The position numbers and the translations under genes were made by a program. The notes below the pieces were generated by a model. The model saw nothing but the letters and a program-made list of their open reading frames with translations, did no database searches and was not told where the DNA came from. Shown piece after piece: positions 12,378 to 23,610 of a stretch of 64,000 nt of DNA; positions within the stretch are counted from its first letter, which is position 1, and every line of letters begins with the position of its first letter. The stretch is from Vicugna vicugna. Lineage: Eukaryota. Location of the stretch: the NCBI GenBank assembly GCA_013265495.1, contig MU057989.1, positions 310,001 through 374,000 on the forward strand. The letters are read 5' to 3'.

Positions 12378-12449
12378 GGGCTCGTCCGGGATTTGAACCC
12401 GGGACCTCTCACACCCAAAGCGAGAATCATACCTCTAGACCAACGAGCC
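12378..12449 (-). tRNA. TRNAP-UGG: tRNA-Pro(TGG), variant
   Basis: 72 nt, anticodon TGG; two substitutions vs the 25064 copy (D-loop AGAGG; anticodon stem GTGAG); T4 at 12368-12371. Confidence 0.92.
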
Positions 12450-13721
12450 GGCCATGGGCTGCCATCTGTCCTTAGTTCTGTCCACATTCTCCTCCACCCT
12501 TGCTCAGCTGGGGCATTGTCCTAGATGCCCACCCAGATGGAAGTCTTTGTGGCCAGAGGACTTGGCTCACCCCCCAGAGAAGAATGGGTCCCAGGATCCG
12601 GGGTTAGCTTCCCCACGGTGTCTCTTTCATTGGGACCTCCCTCTGCTCCAGGCCTGTCGTGGGGACTTGAGCTGCTACGGAGCTGGGCGAGGCTCCAGAA
12701 AGTGGGGTTTCCCTGTGGGACCCAAACTCGAGACTACGGCTTTGTTGCCCTTCCAACTGGCCAGCCCCCGCCACTGACCTCGGGTCAAAGCCAAGTCTCG
12801 CTCTACAGGAAGAGGGACAAGGGTCCTAGGCAGACCCAGGGGCTCCTGGGCCACCATGTGGCTCTGGGTCCCTCAAAGTTCCTTTCCTTGTCCCAGCACT
12901 GTCGGCAGCCCTTCCCCTGCGCTCATCCTCCCGCGTAGACAAGTGAAGGTTCCAGAAACTAACTGGAAAAGAAGAAGGTGGCCCTGGCGCGACACTGAAT
13001 CGCACCCCAGTGTACCGGGCTCCCCCTCCAGGCTTGCAGTGCATCCCCTGGGCCTTCCCCGTTCACACCACGCTGCCCGCCCTAAAACAGGGTGGTGTAG
13101 GGTTGGGTAGAAAGTATGGGAGTGGGGGGCAGGGGCGTCAGGTTTTGGACTCAGGAGCTATCGGAGGCCCTGGGGATTCATCTCCCTGGGACCACTGTAG
13201 AAAAGGGTGCTTTGTGCCACCTACCTCTAGTGACCTTGAATCCTGTGACCCTGCCCTCCCGTCTGCAGGAGGGTCCCAAGCTTCTTGTCCCGAGGGAGGG
13301 AGGGACGGTTGGGGGAAGCTTCGGATCCGATTCCAGAAGAAGGCGGTTTGGTGCTGTCGCCTTCTGCATGCCGGATCCCGGGACCCATGCGTGGAGCCGC
13401 AGGGGCTCGGTGCCACCAGTCACTGACCTGCCAGCGCGGCCGGGCCCCTGGGCCTCTGTCTGCCTGCCCGCCTGGGTCAGCGCCCCGCCCCGCGCCATCC
13501 CCCTTCCTCCCTGACCGTGCCTCAGAGTTTCGGACATGGCGTCCCGCCCTCTCGCAGCTTTCAGACCCGAGGCTTCTAGGCAGTTTCGCGGAGAAAACCC
13601 AGGAAACCAGCAGTGGACGGTGCATCCCCTGCGAGGGGTAGGGGGGAGGTGGGGAAGGGGAAGAAGAGGAAATCTTCCTGTCTAAGGAGTTTCTTCAAAG
13701 GCGAAAAAACCTAGAGGCGTC

Positions 13722-13794
13722 GCCCGGCTAGCTCAGTCGGTAGAGCATGAGACTCTTAATCTCAGGGTCGTGGGTTCGAGCCCCACGCTGGGCG
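13722..13794 (+). tRNA. TRNAK-CUU: tRNA-Lys(CTT), C67 variant
   Basis: 73 nt ending CCCCACGCTGGGCG; TTTT at 13799-13802. Confidence 0.96.
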
Positions 13795-15546
13795 AAGCTT
13801 TTGCAAATCTCCTGTGTGAGAAAGAATTCAGAAAAACCAGACGAAATTCTAGGACTCCAACCCTGTTGCACCCTGAGCTAGATTTGCAGACAAACCGTGG
13901 AACTGCTGGAAAGGCTTGGAGCGTAGGTAAAGGAAGGAGACCCGGTCGAAGTGGGTGAGGGCTCAAGGAGGAATCCAGTCCACCTAGACCACAGGTGCAC
14001 TTGCATTTGGGATTTTAGGGTGTTTCCTGTTGTCCCAAGGAGGCCCGGGTGGGCATACTAGTAGCTCTGAGAAATTACTCTTGCAGTCCAGTAGTCTCAC
14101 ACAGCACACTCAGATGCCCCTTCCGCTCCATAGGATGGGCATGTGTCTTAAGTTTTTGAGGGGACGAGGGCTGCCTAGTTTTTGTTCCCCTGGGATAAAG
14201 GCGGTCCTCGGGTTAATCTCCTTGGGCTCTCCCAGACAGAGAGCAAAGGTGAATTAAATAAAAAGGGGTAAAGTCCTCCTGATCCTGGGCTTCTGAGTTC
14301 ATTAGAGACCCAAGGGCTGAGATAACCCCCTCCCCCCAATTCCCTCACAAAAGCAGGGAATTCGATTCTGCGAAGATTACCTTGAACGACAATCTTAGAC
14401 CGAGGAGAGCCTGCTGGCAGGACCTTCCTCCCAGCAGAGTCTTTTCCAGCTGGCACCCAGGTTTTTCCAAGACACCAGGTGGCAGGAATGGGGTGGAGGG
14501 AGAAGGAGGGACAGTGGCTATGAGGGCATAGCAGACACACCAGGCTTCATACTCAGAGTCCACTGGGAAAGGGAACAAGAGTTTGTGAACCCAGGTAGGT
14601 CTGTCTGCTCATCCTTAGACCAAGAGAAGAAATCCTGACCCCTTCCTCTTGTACAAGGTGCAGAGCTTCTTCCCCAACCCCAAGAGACCCAATCCTCGGT
14701 GAGGGGTGTCCAGGGTGGATGCGCAACTAGGAAACTCAGAGAAGGGAGAAGGGACCTGTTCAGCTGAGAGAACACCTCCCATCATGTCCTCAGTCCCCAG
14801 GAACACTCAGGGTCAGAGCACTAAACCCTTGACCTTGTGTGCTTGAAAGAAAGATCAGGGCTCTAGAAACCAAAGTAGGGCACAGTGATTATTTCCGCAC
14901 TGTTGGGGTCTGGCCCTTGCCACAGCACCTGGGCTGTGAAGAGCTCAGATGTTTCTATGCCCTTGCGTGCAGACACCCAGGTGGAACCCCTCATCCCTCC
15001 AGAATGCCTGATGGAACTATAATCAGGCGAGATATGTCCTTGCAGCAGGATTCAAACTAGATCTCAGGGGCTTTAGTGTGGTTTGGGATACATTTCCCAG
15101 CGGTGGCAAGAGTGGAGGGGCTGAGATAGAGAAGGGGAAGCTGATCAGAGGCTGAGACAATTGACTACAGGCACTGCACCAGCTCCAGGCCTGATGTAAA
15201 GCCTCTGGTCAGAGTTTGTACACCACCTGGAGGCTGTTGGCTCATGGGGCCTTTCAACAGTGACCTTGTGTCACAGGAGTACATGGGATATGGAACTGGA
15301 GGTCACTTGTGTTCTTGGCCTCTGAGGGTTTCAGAGCCAGGGGTGAGTTGGAGGCTGGTGCCTTCTGTCTCAAATTAGCCAGTCTGGGCATTTCCCAAAG
15401 AATGGGGTTAGGGAGAAAGTGCCATCACTTCCATTGAGTGAATGTCTTTGCTTCTTTTTTAAAGGATTGGAGCTGCAAAATAAGTGTTGAGCTGGATTTA
15501 TTCCAGGAATGCAAGGTTTGTTTTGTGTTTCAGGAGACTGAGCACG

Positions 15547-15700
15547 GAGGGTATAGCTCGGTGGTGGAGTGTGAGCTTAGCATGTAAATCGCCTATGTTC
15601 AATCCACAGAACCTCCAAAGTAAATAAATAATAAAGTAAATAAATAATAAAGAAATAAGCCTAATTACCCCCCCCAAGAAAATAAAATAAATAAATAATT
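15547..15700 (+). mobile_element. tRNA-derived SINE (camelid Vic-1-like)
   Basis: ggagggtatagctcggtggtggag head (A box), gttcaatcc (B box), (AAAT)n + cctaattacccccc tail. Confidence 0.75.
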
Positions 15701-15794
15701 TTTAAAATAAAGTGAAAAAGAAAAATCTATTAAAGCGATTCATTCTATTACTGGAAGTTTTATTTTCTATTTTCATTGTGCATACACGTTCCCT

Positions 15795-15867
15795 TAATGG
15801 AGGCACTGAGGATTGAATCCAGGGCCTCGTGCTCACCAAACACGGGCTCTACCACTGAACTCTACCC
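15795..15867 (-). mobile_element. tRNA-derived SINE, head only
   Basis: ggattgaatccagggcc...ctctaccactgaactctaccc is the reverse SINE head. Confidence 0.7.
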
Positions 15868-15984
15868 ACAACTTCCCTATTAATGGAATTTTTAAAAGTC
15901 ACATGACCTTCATAAATGTATGGGAAAACACTTGAAGCAGTTCACATCTGTGTTAATCATGGTTTTTAATTTCTGTATTTTATG

Positions 15985-16280
15985 ATAATTTTACCTCTTG
16001 GAGGGCCCTGCTGGCTGGGGAGAGATTGCAGATCAAAGGGCCAGCAAATTCCTAGAGAATAAAAACAATTTGGAAACCAACCAATTCCCCGTCCTCATCC
16101 CCATCCATCTTCTTATCTAACTTTCACACACCAGGCCAGTATTTCCCCTGTCTCAAATCACCCAGGGCCGGATACTGGACCCCTAGGGACAGCCCCAATG
16201 CCCTAAAACCCACTGAATTATTCAAACGGGCCAGTCCTACACTGTTTATCTTACCCTGCTTTACTTTTCCCATGGAAACG
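15985..16280 (+). mobile_element. ERVL LTR relic (MER74/MER54-like)
   Basis: cacacaccaggccagtatttcccctg...ctagggacagcccc...gaattattcaaac...cccatggaaac matches the recalled MER74-family core. Confidence 0.5.
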
Positions 16281-16889
16281 AATTGCCCAGAACTAAAGGA
16301 GGCCTCCAAATGTTGGTGGGGGGTAGGGGGGTGGTCATCGCCCAACCTGTGGTGTTTTGGGGATGAACAGGGAGAACCCTAATCCTCTATGAAATCTCTC
16401 TTCTCCTGCGCCCAGGCACGCAGCCCTGGAGCCAGGTGTATAAGGTGGATCTGCCACCTCCTCTGCCTTCTCCTCCTCCTCTAGAGATTCTAGGGCACAG
16501 GCCCCGCCTTTGGGGACCAGGGCCTACTGGATGCCAGTCCCTGACTCCTGCTTGATCCCCAGCCACAATCCACAGCCTCACTGTCACAGTTTCGGGTTCC
16601 CCTGGAGAGCTGGTGCTCTTCCTGCAAGGTGCCTTTCGGTTCATCCAAGCCCCTTGTTTGCGGGCCCCCACCGCGATACACTTCTGCTCCTCACTCCCTG
16701 GGGGCAGGAATCAATCCCTCTGGTCTGGGCTTCTGTGAATTCCTCTTTTCTGCCCCTGCCGGCCTGGGTTCCCCGGGTCTCCCCGCCGTCACTCCAGCGC
16801 TTCTCCCAGCCCACTTCGGAATAAACCTGAGCTGCGCGGGGATGGGAACAGTTGTGGAGGGGAACTGTTTGGAAACCCCATCACAGGGA

Positions 16890-16961
16890 GGCTCGTTGGT
16901 CTAGGGGTATGATTCTCGCTTCGGGTGCGAGAGGTCCCGGGTTCAAATCCCGGACGAGCCC
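16890..16961 (+). tRNA. TRNAP-CGG: tRNA-Pro(CGG)
   Basis: Canonical 72-nt tRNA-Pro body with anticodon CGG; TTTT at about 16987-16990. Confidence 0.98.
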
Positions 16962-17220
16962 AGCTTACCTTCCCTGGTCTTCCGTTGTTTTATGTCTCAG
17001 GAATACGAGACCGAACCTATAAGCTTCATCCATCCATGCGTGTAGCGCTCCATTCCATGCCCATCCTGGCTGACTCTTGTCCAGGGCTGGCTTCCTGCCC
17101 CCCACCGCGGGAAACCTGACCGCACGTGTCCAGGCAGACCTTGAACGACGTGGAGCGGTTTCTAGGGGTAGCAGTAACACAGGGCTCAGCTTGAGTGCCC
17201 CGGGAGCACGCAGCTCCTTA

Positions 17221-17504
17221 CTGCGGTCCAAGCATCGCTTTCCCGGTTGGACACCGGTTTCCTCCGGCTGGTCAGATTGAGATATGCTGGTTTAAATGTA
17301 AAAGACACATCGAATTTGGAAGACTTAAGTAAGGTATCTCATATGTCGACATGGTATTTTGGACATGGTATATTGGGTTAATTAAAATGTATTACAATTA
17401 ATTTTACCTGTTTCTTTTTATTTATACTTTTTAAATGTGCTACTAAATAAATTCAAGTGGCAGATGTGGCTTATTTTTGTGGCCCACGATAATGGACTGC
17501 CCTG
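17221..17504 (-). mobile_element. hAT-Charlie MITE (MER33/MER3-like)
   Basis: Degenerate terminal inverted repeats ctgcggtcca / tggactgccctg; internal aaatgtgctact and ttgagatatgctg blocks. Confidence 0.6.
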
Positions 17505-17566
17505 GGCCAGAGGCACGACCCTCCTGTAAGGTACAGAGGTCCTGGGTCCAAATGCTGACCGAGCCC
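17503..17566 (+). pseudogene. Decayed tRNA-Pro relic
   Basis: gaggtcctgggtccaaatgctgaccgagccc aligns to tRNA-Pro gaggtcccgggttcaaatcccggacgagccc; upstream part is collinear with the D and anticodon arms. Confidence 0.65.
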
Positions 17567-17699
17567 ATAATTGTAAAAACTTTCCCTTCTGGCTTAGGGC
17601 CTGAGGCAGCGGGCATCACGTTTCTCCCAACCCAGGCTCTGGGCTCTGCCCAAGACGTTTAGCCCTGAAGGCCTTAATTTTACCATCTGTTAAAGGGGG

Positions 17700-18540
17700 A
17701 CAGTTCTGATTCAGAACGACTTATTTAAAAGACTTTCCTTTCACTCACTATTTCATCGTGTAAACTTTTTCACGAATCAAGAATCTGAGCACATGCGGTT
17801 CTAATACTGCACTGCTTTGCTCTGTGGTCTGTTTACCTGGTGACCAAAACAACTTAGCTTTATGAAAAGTCTTGTTATTCAGGAGTGTAAATCTCCTAAA
17901 TTTGTTTTCCAAAATTTGTTTTTGTTATTGTTGGTCCTTTTCACTTTCACATAAATGCTAGAATCAGCTTGTCAATTTACACAAAAATAGTGATAGGGAT
18001 TTTGATTGGTGTAGCGTTGATTCTGTAGATCAGTTGGGGGTGATTTGATATCATTACAATAAGGTCTTTCAACTCATGGACGTGATGAATCTTTCATTTA
18101 TCAAGGTCTTCTTTAATTTGTCATAATAATGTTTTATATTTTTCTGAGGTAGATTTTGCACATCTTTCATTAGAGTTTTTGCTAGGTATCTGATTTTGTG
18201 GATGGTATTATAAACTATATTACTTCGAATATAATTTTCTGTTTTATGCAGATACATAAAAATACCATCAATTTTTGCATATTAATCTTAGAGTGACATT
18301 GTGAAACTCATTGTTTCTAATCTATAGAATTTTCTACAGATTCAGGTCTGTCCTTTGTGGATAATTACAGTATTATTAATTATTTCTAATCCTTATCTAT
18401 ACTTTTTAACTACTTTTCTTGCCTTATTGCACTGGGACCTCTAATAAGATGTTAAATAGAAATGTGATAGAAGGCATTCTTGTTTTGTTCCAGAATTCAT
18501 GGAGAGAAGCTTTTAAAATTCTTCCATTAAATATGTTTTC
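17700..18540 (-). mobile_element. Old LINE-1 ORF2 fragment
   Basis: agaatcagcttgtcaattt, gattttgattgg, ctgtagatcagttggggg, ggcattcttgttttgttcc are typical reverse L1 ORF2; minus ORF 18069-18257 is L1-like. Confidence 0.7.
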
Positions 18541-18566
18541 CATCTCTTATCTTAATAGTTACTGCT

Positions 18567-19090
18567 TGTCAGTTATGACTGCTATGTGACACTCTATAAA
18601 GTCGTGGCATAAAGCAATATCTTATTATGCTCATTGAGTCTGTGGGTCAAGAATTCAGCAGGGAAAAGCAAGTACAACTTGTATCTGTTAAATCTGGGGC
18701 CTGGCTGGGAAGACTTGCAGTCTAGAAGCATCTGGAGGCTCCTTTACTAACATACTTGTCATATAAGCTGAGATGAACCAAAGGCTGAGCTCAGCTAGCA
18801 CTGTGCAACGGAATATCTTCACATGACCTCTCTGTGAGGCTTGGGCTTCCTCACAGCATGGAAGATTCAGGCTAATTGAATTTCTTACCTGGCAGCTGGG
18901 AACTCCTATGTATGTGTTCTAGTGAACAAGATAGAAGCTGCATCCCCTTTATGATCCAACCTTGGAGTCTTCAGTGCCGCTTCTGCTGTATGTTATTGGA
19001 TGAAGCAACCACACCCCACTGAGGCTCAAGGGGAAAAGATACAGACCCCACTTCTCAATGGAGTGTCAAATAATTTGTGGTCATTTTTTT
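18567..19090 (-). mobile_element. MaLR LTR relic (MLT1-type)
   Basis: ctgtgggtcaagaattcagca, cttgggcttcctcacagcatgg motifs. Confidence 0.6.
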
Positions 19091-19104
19091 TATAAAGCTT
19101 TATT

Positions 19105-19365
19105 CAGACTCACAGTTATACAGAACAAACTAGTGGTTACCAGTGGGAAGAGGGAAGGGAAGGGGCAACATAGAGACAGGAGATTAAAAGGTAGAAACTA
19201 TTACGTACAAAATAAACTACAAGGATGTATTGGACAACATGAGAAATATAGCCAATATTTTATAATAACTATGAATGGAGTATAACATTTAAAAATTATG
19301 AATCACTATATTGTACACCTGTAACTTATTTAATATTGCATGTCAATTATACTGCAATTTTAAAA
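19105..19365 (+). mobile_element. LINE-1 3' end fragment
   Basis: gaacaaactagtggttaccagtggg ... tgaatcactatattgtacacctgtaac. Confidence 0.75.
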
Positions 19366-19677
19366 AGCTTTCAGAAGGCTTTAATATATAATAGATTATA
19401 TAGATTTAAAGTGCAGATTTTCATACATTTTGGTATTTGTGTACACCCAACCACCACAATCAGGAGCATGAACCATATTTATCATCCTCAAAAGTTTTCT
19501 CATGGCTCTTTGTTATCTCTCCCTCCTACCCCTCAGCACCAGCTTGCTGAGGGTTTTTTGTTTTTTTTTTTTTCAGTCAGGAATGGAGATTGTTTTTATC
19601 AAATGCTTTTACTGCATATATTGAGGTGATCACATGGTCTTTCTTTTTTAGTCTATCAAATGTACATTGATTTTTAA

Positions 19678-20063
19678 AAATTTTTAATAGGCTTTATTCT
19701 TTTAGAGCAATTTCAGGTTCACAACAGAATTGAGCAGAAAATACAGAGTTCACATATAGCCCTCCCCACCCACACATATATACTCCCCTACCTTTAACAT
19801 CCCTCATCAGTGATGCATATTTGGTATAATGGATGAACCAACATGGGCACATTATTATGAACCAAAGTCCATAGTTTACATTAGGGTTCACTCTTGATGT
19901 ACATTTTATAGGTTTTGACAAATACATAATGACACGTAGCCACCACTATAGTATTATATAGAATAATTTCATTGCCCTAAGACCCCCTTGTGCTCCATCT
20001 ATTCATTCCTCCCTCCCTCCCTCTCCCCAAACCCCTGGAAACCATAATCTTTTTTATTGACAA
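19678..20063 (-). mobile_element. LINE-1 3' UTR fragment with 20-bp TSD
   Basis: Flanked by identical aaatgtacattgatttttaa at 19658-19677 and 20064-20083. Confidence 0.8.
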
Positions 20064-20351
20064 AAATGTACATTGATTTTTAATGTAAGCATTTTAGATT
20101 GATACTTTAAAAACATATCGGAACTTTAAAGGTGTTTCTCCTCTGCCAGATGTCCACCCCCCAGCTAGCCTCAGTGGGTTCTGCCCCAGGTGGCCCTGCC
20201 TGGCTTCTTTCCTCACCTTCACTGGTGTAAAGAAACACCCGGTTCCCAGCCTCCTCGGGGTCCTAGAAGGTGCGGCTCTCAGAGGTGGATGATAACAATC
20301 TTTGGCAGAAGACACTTCAGCATAGAAACGCTGATAGTATAACCAACTAAT

Positions 20352-20424
20352 TACCCCGGGTGGGACTCGAACCCACAATCCCTGGCTTAGGAGGCCAGTG
20401 CCTTCTCCATTAGGCCACCGGGGC
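20352..20424 (-). tRNA. TRNAR-CCU: tRNA-Arg(CCT), D-loop variant
   Basis: GCCCCGGTGGCCTAATGGAGAAGGCACTGGCCT-CCT-AAGCCAGGGATTGTGGGTTCGAGTCCCACCCGGGGTA; 73 nt, stems intact. Confidence 0.94.
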
Positions 20425-21472
20425 GTGCTACCCAGCCTCTGGCTTCCCGTCCAGGGCCCGCCCCCTTCCACACTTAGAGCGAGCTTCCTCGGTTCCAGCA
20501 TTTTGCTGTCCTGGTTCCTTTGCTTAGGGCCCACCCAGTGCAGGCGTGGAGTACAGACACCCCTGTGCTCGGTCCCGTCAGGTCCCAGGGCCACCCCAGC
20601 TCCGCGGCCGCCCTAGTCCCCGCCGCACCTGGTGGAAGCCTCCCTGCGTGTGCATCTTTGGGACTGGACCCTGGACTCCAGAGCACCGAGCCTAACCTCA
20701 CACTCCCTTACGCGATATCGGAACCGAAACTTCCCCCAGGTCCCCTTCCCCCGGGGGGAGAATCTCGCCTCTGTCCCAGGTCGGGGAGTCAGTCACCAAG
20801 GACCGAGATCCGTCATCTTCATTCTGGCTCTGTGGTTTAAGGGTATGGTGCTAACTTTGTGTCAGGGTGGGGTGGGGGGGACATGGGCCCTTCGCCCAAA
20901 TCCTGGACATCTCCAAGTTTTCAGATTCAGATTTAAGGTGGGAAAGGCCGGGAAGGCTCCAAAGCCCCCTCCAGGGAGAGTTCCATCGCGTCTCCCCTTT
21001 TTAGTGCCCAGTGCAGGGGAGGCCGTCTCTGGGAATTTTTCCTGCTAGAGGAAGTGTCCCTCACGCTCCACTCATCCCGCCTGGAAGCGCAGGGTGGAGT
21101 CGGGGGGACAGCGGGACCCTGGCGGGAAGTACACCAGGACCTGTGGACATGGAACAAGGCAGAAGAGATTTCGGAATCTCCGCACTCATCCTCGGACCGG
21201 CACGGCGCCTTGTTCCACGACAACACCCTTGGGACTCGGACCCAGGACCCGGGCCTTGGGACCATGCTAAGGAAGGGAGAGGAGGTCTCAGCTCCTCGGA
21301 TCCGGGCGTCCGGGCTGAGGACTCAGCGACTCAAGACTCCAAACCGCCTCGCGGATGTACGCAATAAAGGCGATCTGGTTTGTCTGCTGTGGAAGCTCCA
21401 CGCGACTTAGAAGATGGGAAGCCTGCGTAGGAGTGGCGGGTAACCTGGGCTCCGCCCACTCTCATCTCGCCC

Positions 21473-21545
21473 GCCCGGCTAGCTCAGTCGGTAGAGCATG
21501 AGACTCTTAATCTCAGGGTCGTGGGTTCGAGCCCCACGTTGGGCG
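21473..21545 (+). tRNA. TRNAK-CUU: tRNA-Lys(CTT)
   Basis: Canonical 73-nt sequence; T5 at 21554-21558. Confidence 0.98.
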
Positions 21546-21611
21546 TTTCTCACTTTTTGACTTTTCAACAACTGCAAACCCTGTTGGGCGGGGGGAGGGT
21601 CGGGGGAGAGC

Positions 21612-21660
21612 GCCTCCTGCATGCTGAACATGCACTCTACAACTGAGCTATATCCACCCA
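21612..21660 (-). mobile_element. Truncated tRNA-derived SINE head
   Basis: gcatgctgaacatgcactctacaactgagctatatcc is the reverse SINE head. Confidence 0.6.
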
Positions 21661-21940
21661 CATTTATTTTTAGGGGCCAAGGCAGCCTCACATCCTCTGC
21701 ATCCACCTTCCCTGCCCCAGCCCTGCGTTACTGCCAGGGACTCCTCCCAGCATCCAGGGGACCCTGTACCCCATTCATAGTTATTCCATAACTGAGGTCC
21801 TGTGGGCGGGTGTGTCCCCAGCTTCAGCTCAAGGCCTGGCTCAGCCAGTGCTTGTCAGAAGAATGGACAGTAATAGTTCCCCCCTAACAGGGAGCAACAC
21901 CACTTCAATGGAAGGAAGAGAGGTAGGGAAATAACAGACC

Positions 21941-22012
21941 TTGATGCATTTCTAGGGGTATATGTCTAGCTTTAGGAGTGAGAAGCCCTAGATTCAAATC
22001 CTGCACAAGCCC
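21941..22012 (+). pseudogene. Decayed tRNA-Pro relic
   Basis: tctaggggtatatgtctagctttaggagtgagaagccctagattcaaatcctgcacaagccc is collinear with tRNA-Pro. Confidence 0.7.
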
Positions 22013-22604
22013 TTCCCTCACACACAGGACATTTTTGTGGTGTGGATGGAATGATGGGCGCTGATTCTAGGTGCCTCTACTTCATGATAAAAAGCAAAGG
22101 AGTTGAGACAGGAGAGAGCGAAGTGAGGGGGTCCTGGAGCCTGACCCTTGCCCTCCTCCCTTACTGTCCAGGTCTCACTTTGGGACACTCTGGACTGATC
22201 CATGTCCCTGAACAACATATTCTTACTTCCTTGCACGGACTCCATCCCTGAACCTCAGCTTCAGGAGAACACTGTGCTTCCTGGAGCAATCCGGCATCAG
22301 GAAGTCTCTGTAGCCAAGTGGCCTGTGGTCTGGGGTCTTGAGCCACTCCCTAGGTGAAAAGTCCAGGACATAAATCCTAGGAAGTTTTTTTTAGGATTGG
22401 GGAAGGGTTACAGGACCAGGGTCCTCTGTTTCCCATCTGGACTCCACAGATCTGGACCCACAAAGCCCGGGCTCTTAGGGACCTCAGTTTATCCATTTGT
22501 AAAGTGGGGATAATAGCAGCTCACACCTCAAAGATTTGAGATATTAAGTTGCTGATTTTGGGGGGTAAAGTATTTAGAAAAGTGCCTCAAGACTGCAGCA
22601 TTGG

Positions 22605-23333
22605 TGGAGAGGCTGTGGAGAAAAGGGAACCCTCCTTCACTGCTGGTGGGAATGCAGTTTGGTGCAGCCACTGTGGAAAACAGTATGGAGATGCCTCAAA
22701 AAACTAGGAATAGACTTACCATGTGACCCAGGAATCCTTTTCCTGGGCATATATCCAGAAGGAACCCTACTTCAGGATGACATCTGCACCCCAATGTTCA
22801 TAGCAGCACTACGTACAATAGCCAAGACATGGAAACAGCCTAAATGTCCATCAACAGATGACTGGATAAAGAAAAAGTGATATATTTATACAATGGAATA
22901 CTACTCAGCCATAAAAACCGACAACATAATGCCATTTGCAGCAACATGGATGCTCCTGGAGAATGGCATTCTAAGTGAAGTAAGCCAGAAAGAGAGAGAA
23001 AAATACCATATGAGATNNNNNNNNNNNNNNNNNNNNNNNNNNNNNNNNNNNNNNNNNNNNNNNNNNNNNNNNNNNNNNNNNNNNNNNNNNNNNNNNNNNN
23101 NNNNNNNNNNNNNNNNNNNNNNNNNNNNNNNNNNNNNNNNNNNNNNNNNNNNNNNNNNNNNNNNNNNNNNNNNNNNNNNNNNNNNNNNNNNNNNGAAAAA
23201 AATGATGAATATATATATGTTCATGTATAACTGAAAAATTGTGCTCTACACTGGAATTTCACACATTGTAAAATGATTATAAATCAATAAAAAAGTTAAA
23301 AATAAAAAATAAATAAAACTTTAGAAATAAAAA
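22605..23333 (+). mobile_element. Young 5'-truncated LINE-1 (ORF2 C-terminus + 3' UTR), spans the N gap
   Basis: ORF 22659-22880 [10 protein letters not shown]...CTPMFIAAL..IAKTWKQPKCPS is the L1 ORF2p C-terminus; A-rich tail; 16-bp TSD aagactgcagcattgg. Confidence 0.92.
23017..23194. other. Assembly gap (178 N)
   Basis: Run of n. Confidence 0.99.
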
Positions 23334-23349
23334 AAGACTGCAGCATTGG

Positions 23350-23610
23350 GGTGGAGGGAGGGATAAATTAGGAGTTTGGAATTAGCAGATACAAACGACT
23401 ATATATAAAATAAACAACAAGGTCCTACTGTATAGCACAGGGATCTATATTCAATATCCTATAATAAACCATAATGGAAAAGAATATGAAAAATAATGTA
23501 TATATTATATTCTTTTCTATAGTCTTATAACTGAATCACTTTGCTGTACACCAGAAACTAACACAACATTGCAAATCAACTATACTTCAATTAAAAAAAA
23601 AAAAAAAAAA
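23350..23610 (+). mobile_element. LINE-1 3' end fragment with polyA
   Basis: ggagtttggaattagcagatac...ctgaatcactttgctgtacaccagaaactaacacaacattg...caatt followed by a polyA run. Confidence 0.88.

Noticed and set aside
12640..12670. LLQACRG caspase-like pentapeptide in ORF 12454-12777 (CASP16 is, from recollection, a syntenic neighbour)
   Set aside because: No upstream PK-hydrophobic strand, no HG motif and no other caspase-like exon visible; likely chance. TBLASTN with CASP16 would settle it.
22893..23234. ORFs containing long X runs
   Set aside because: Artefact of the N gap inside an L1.
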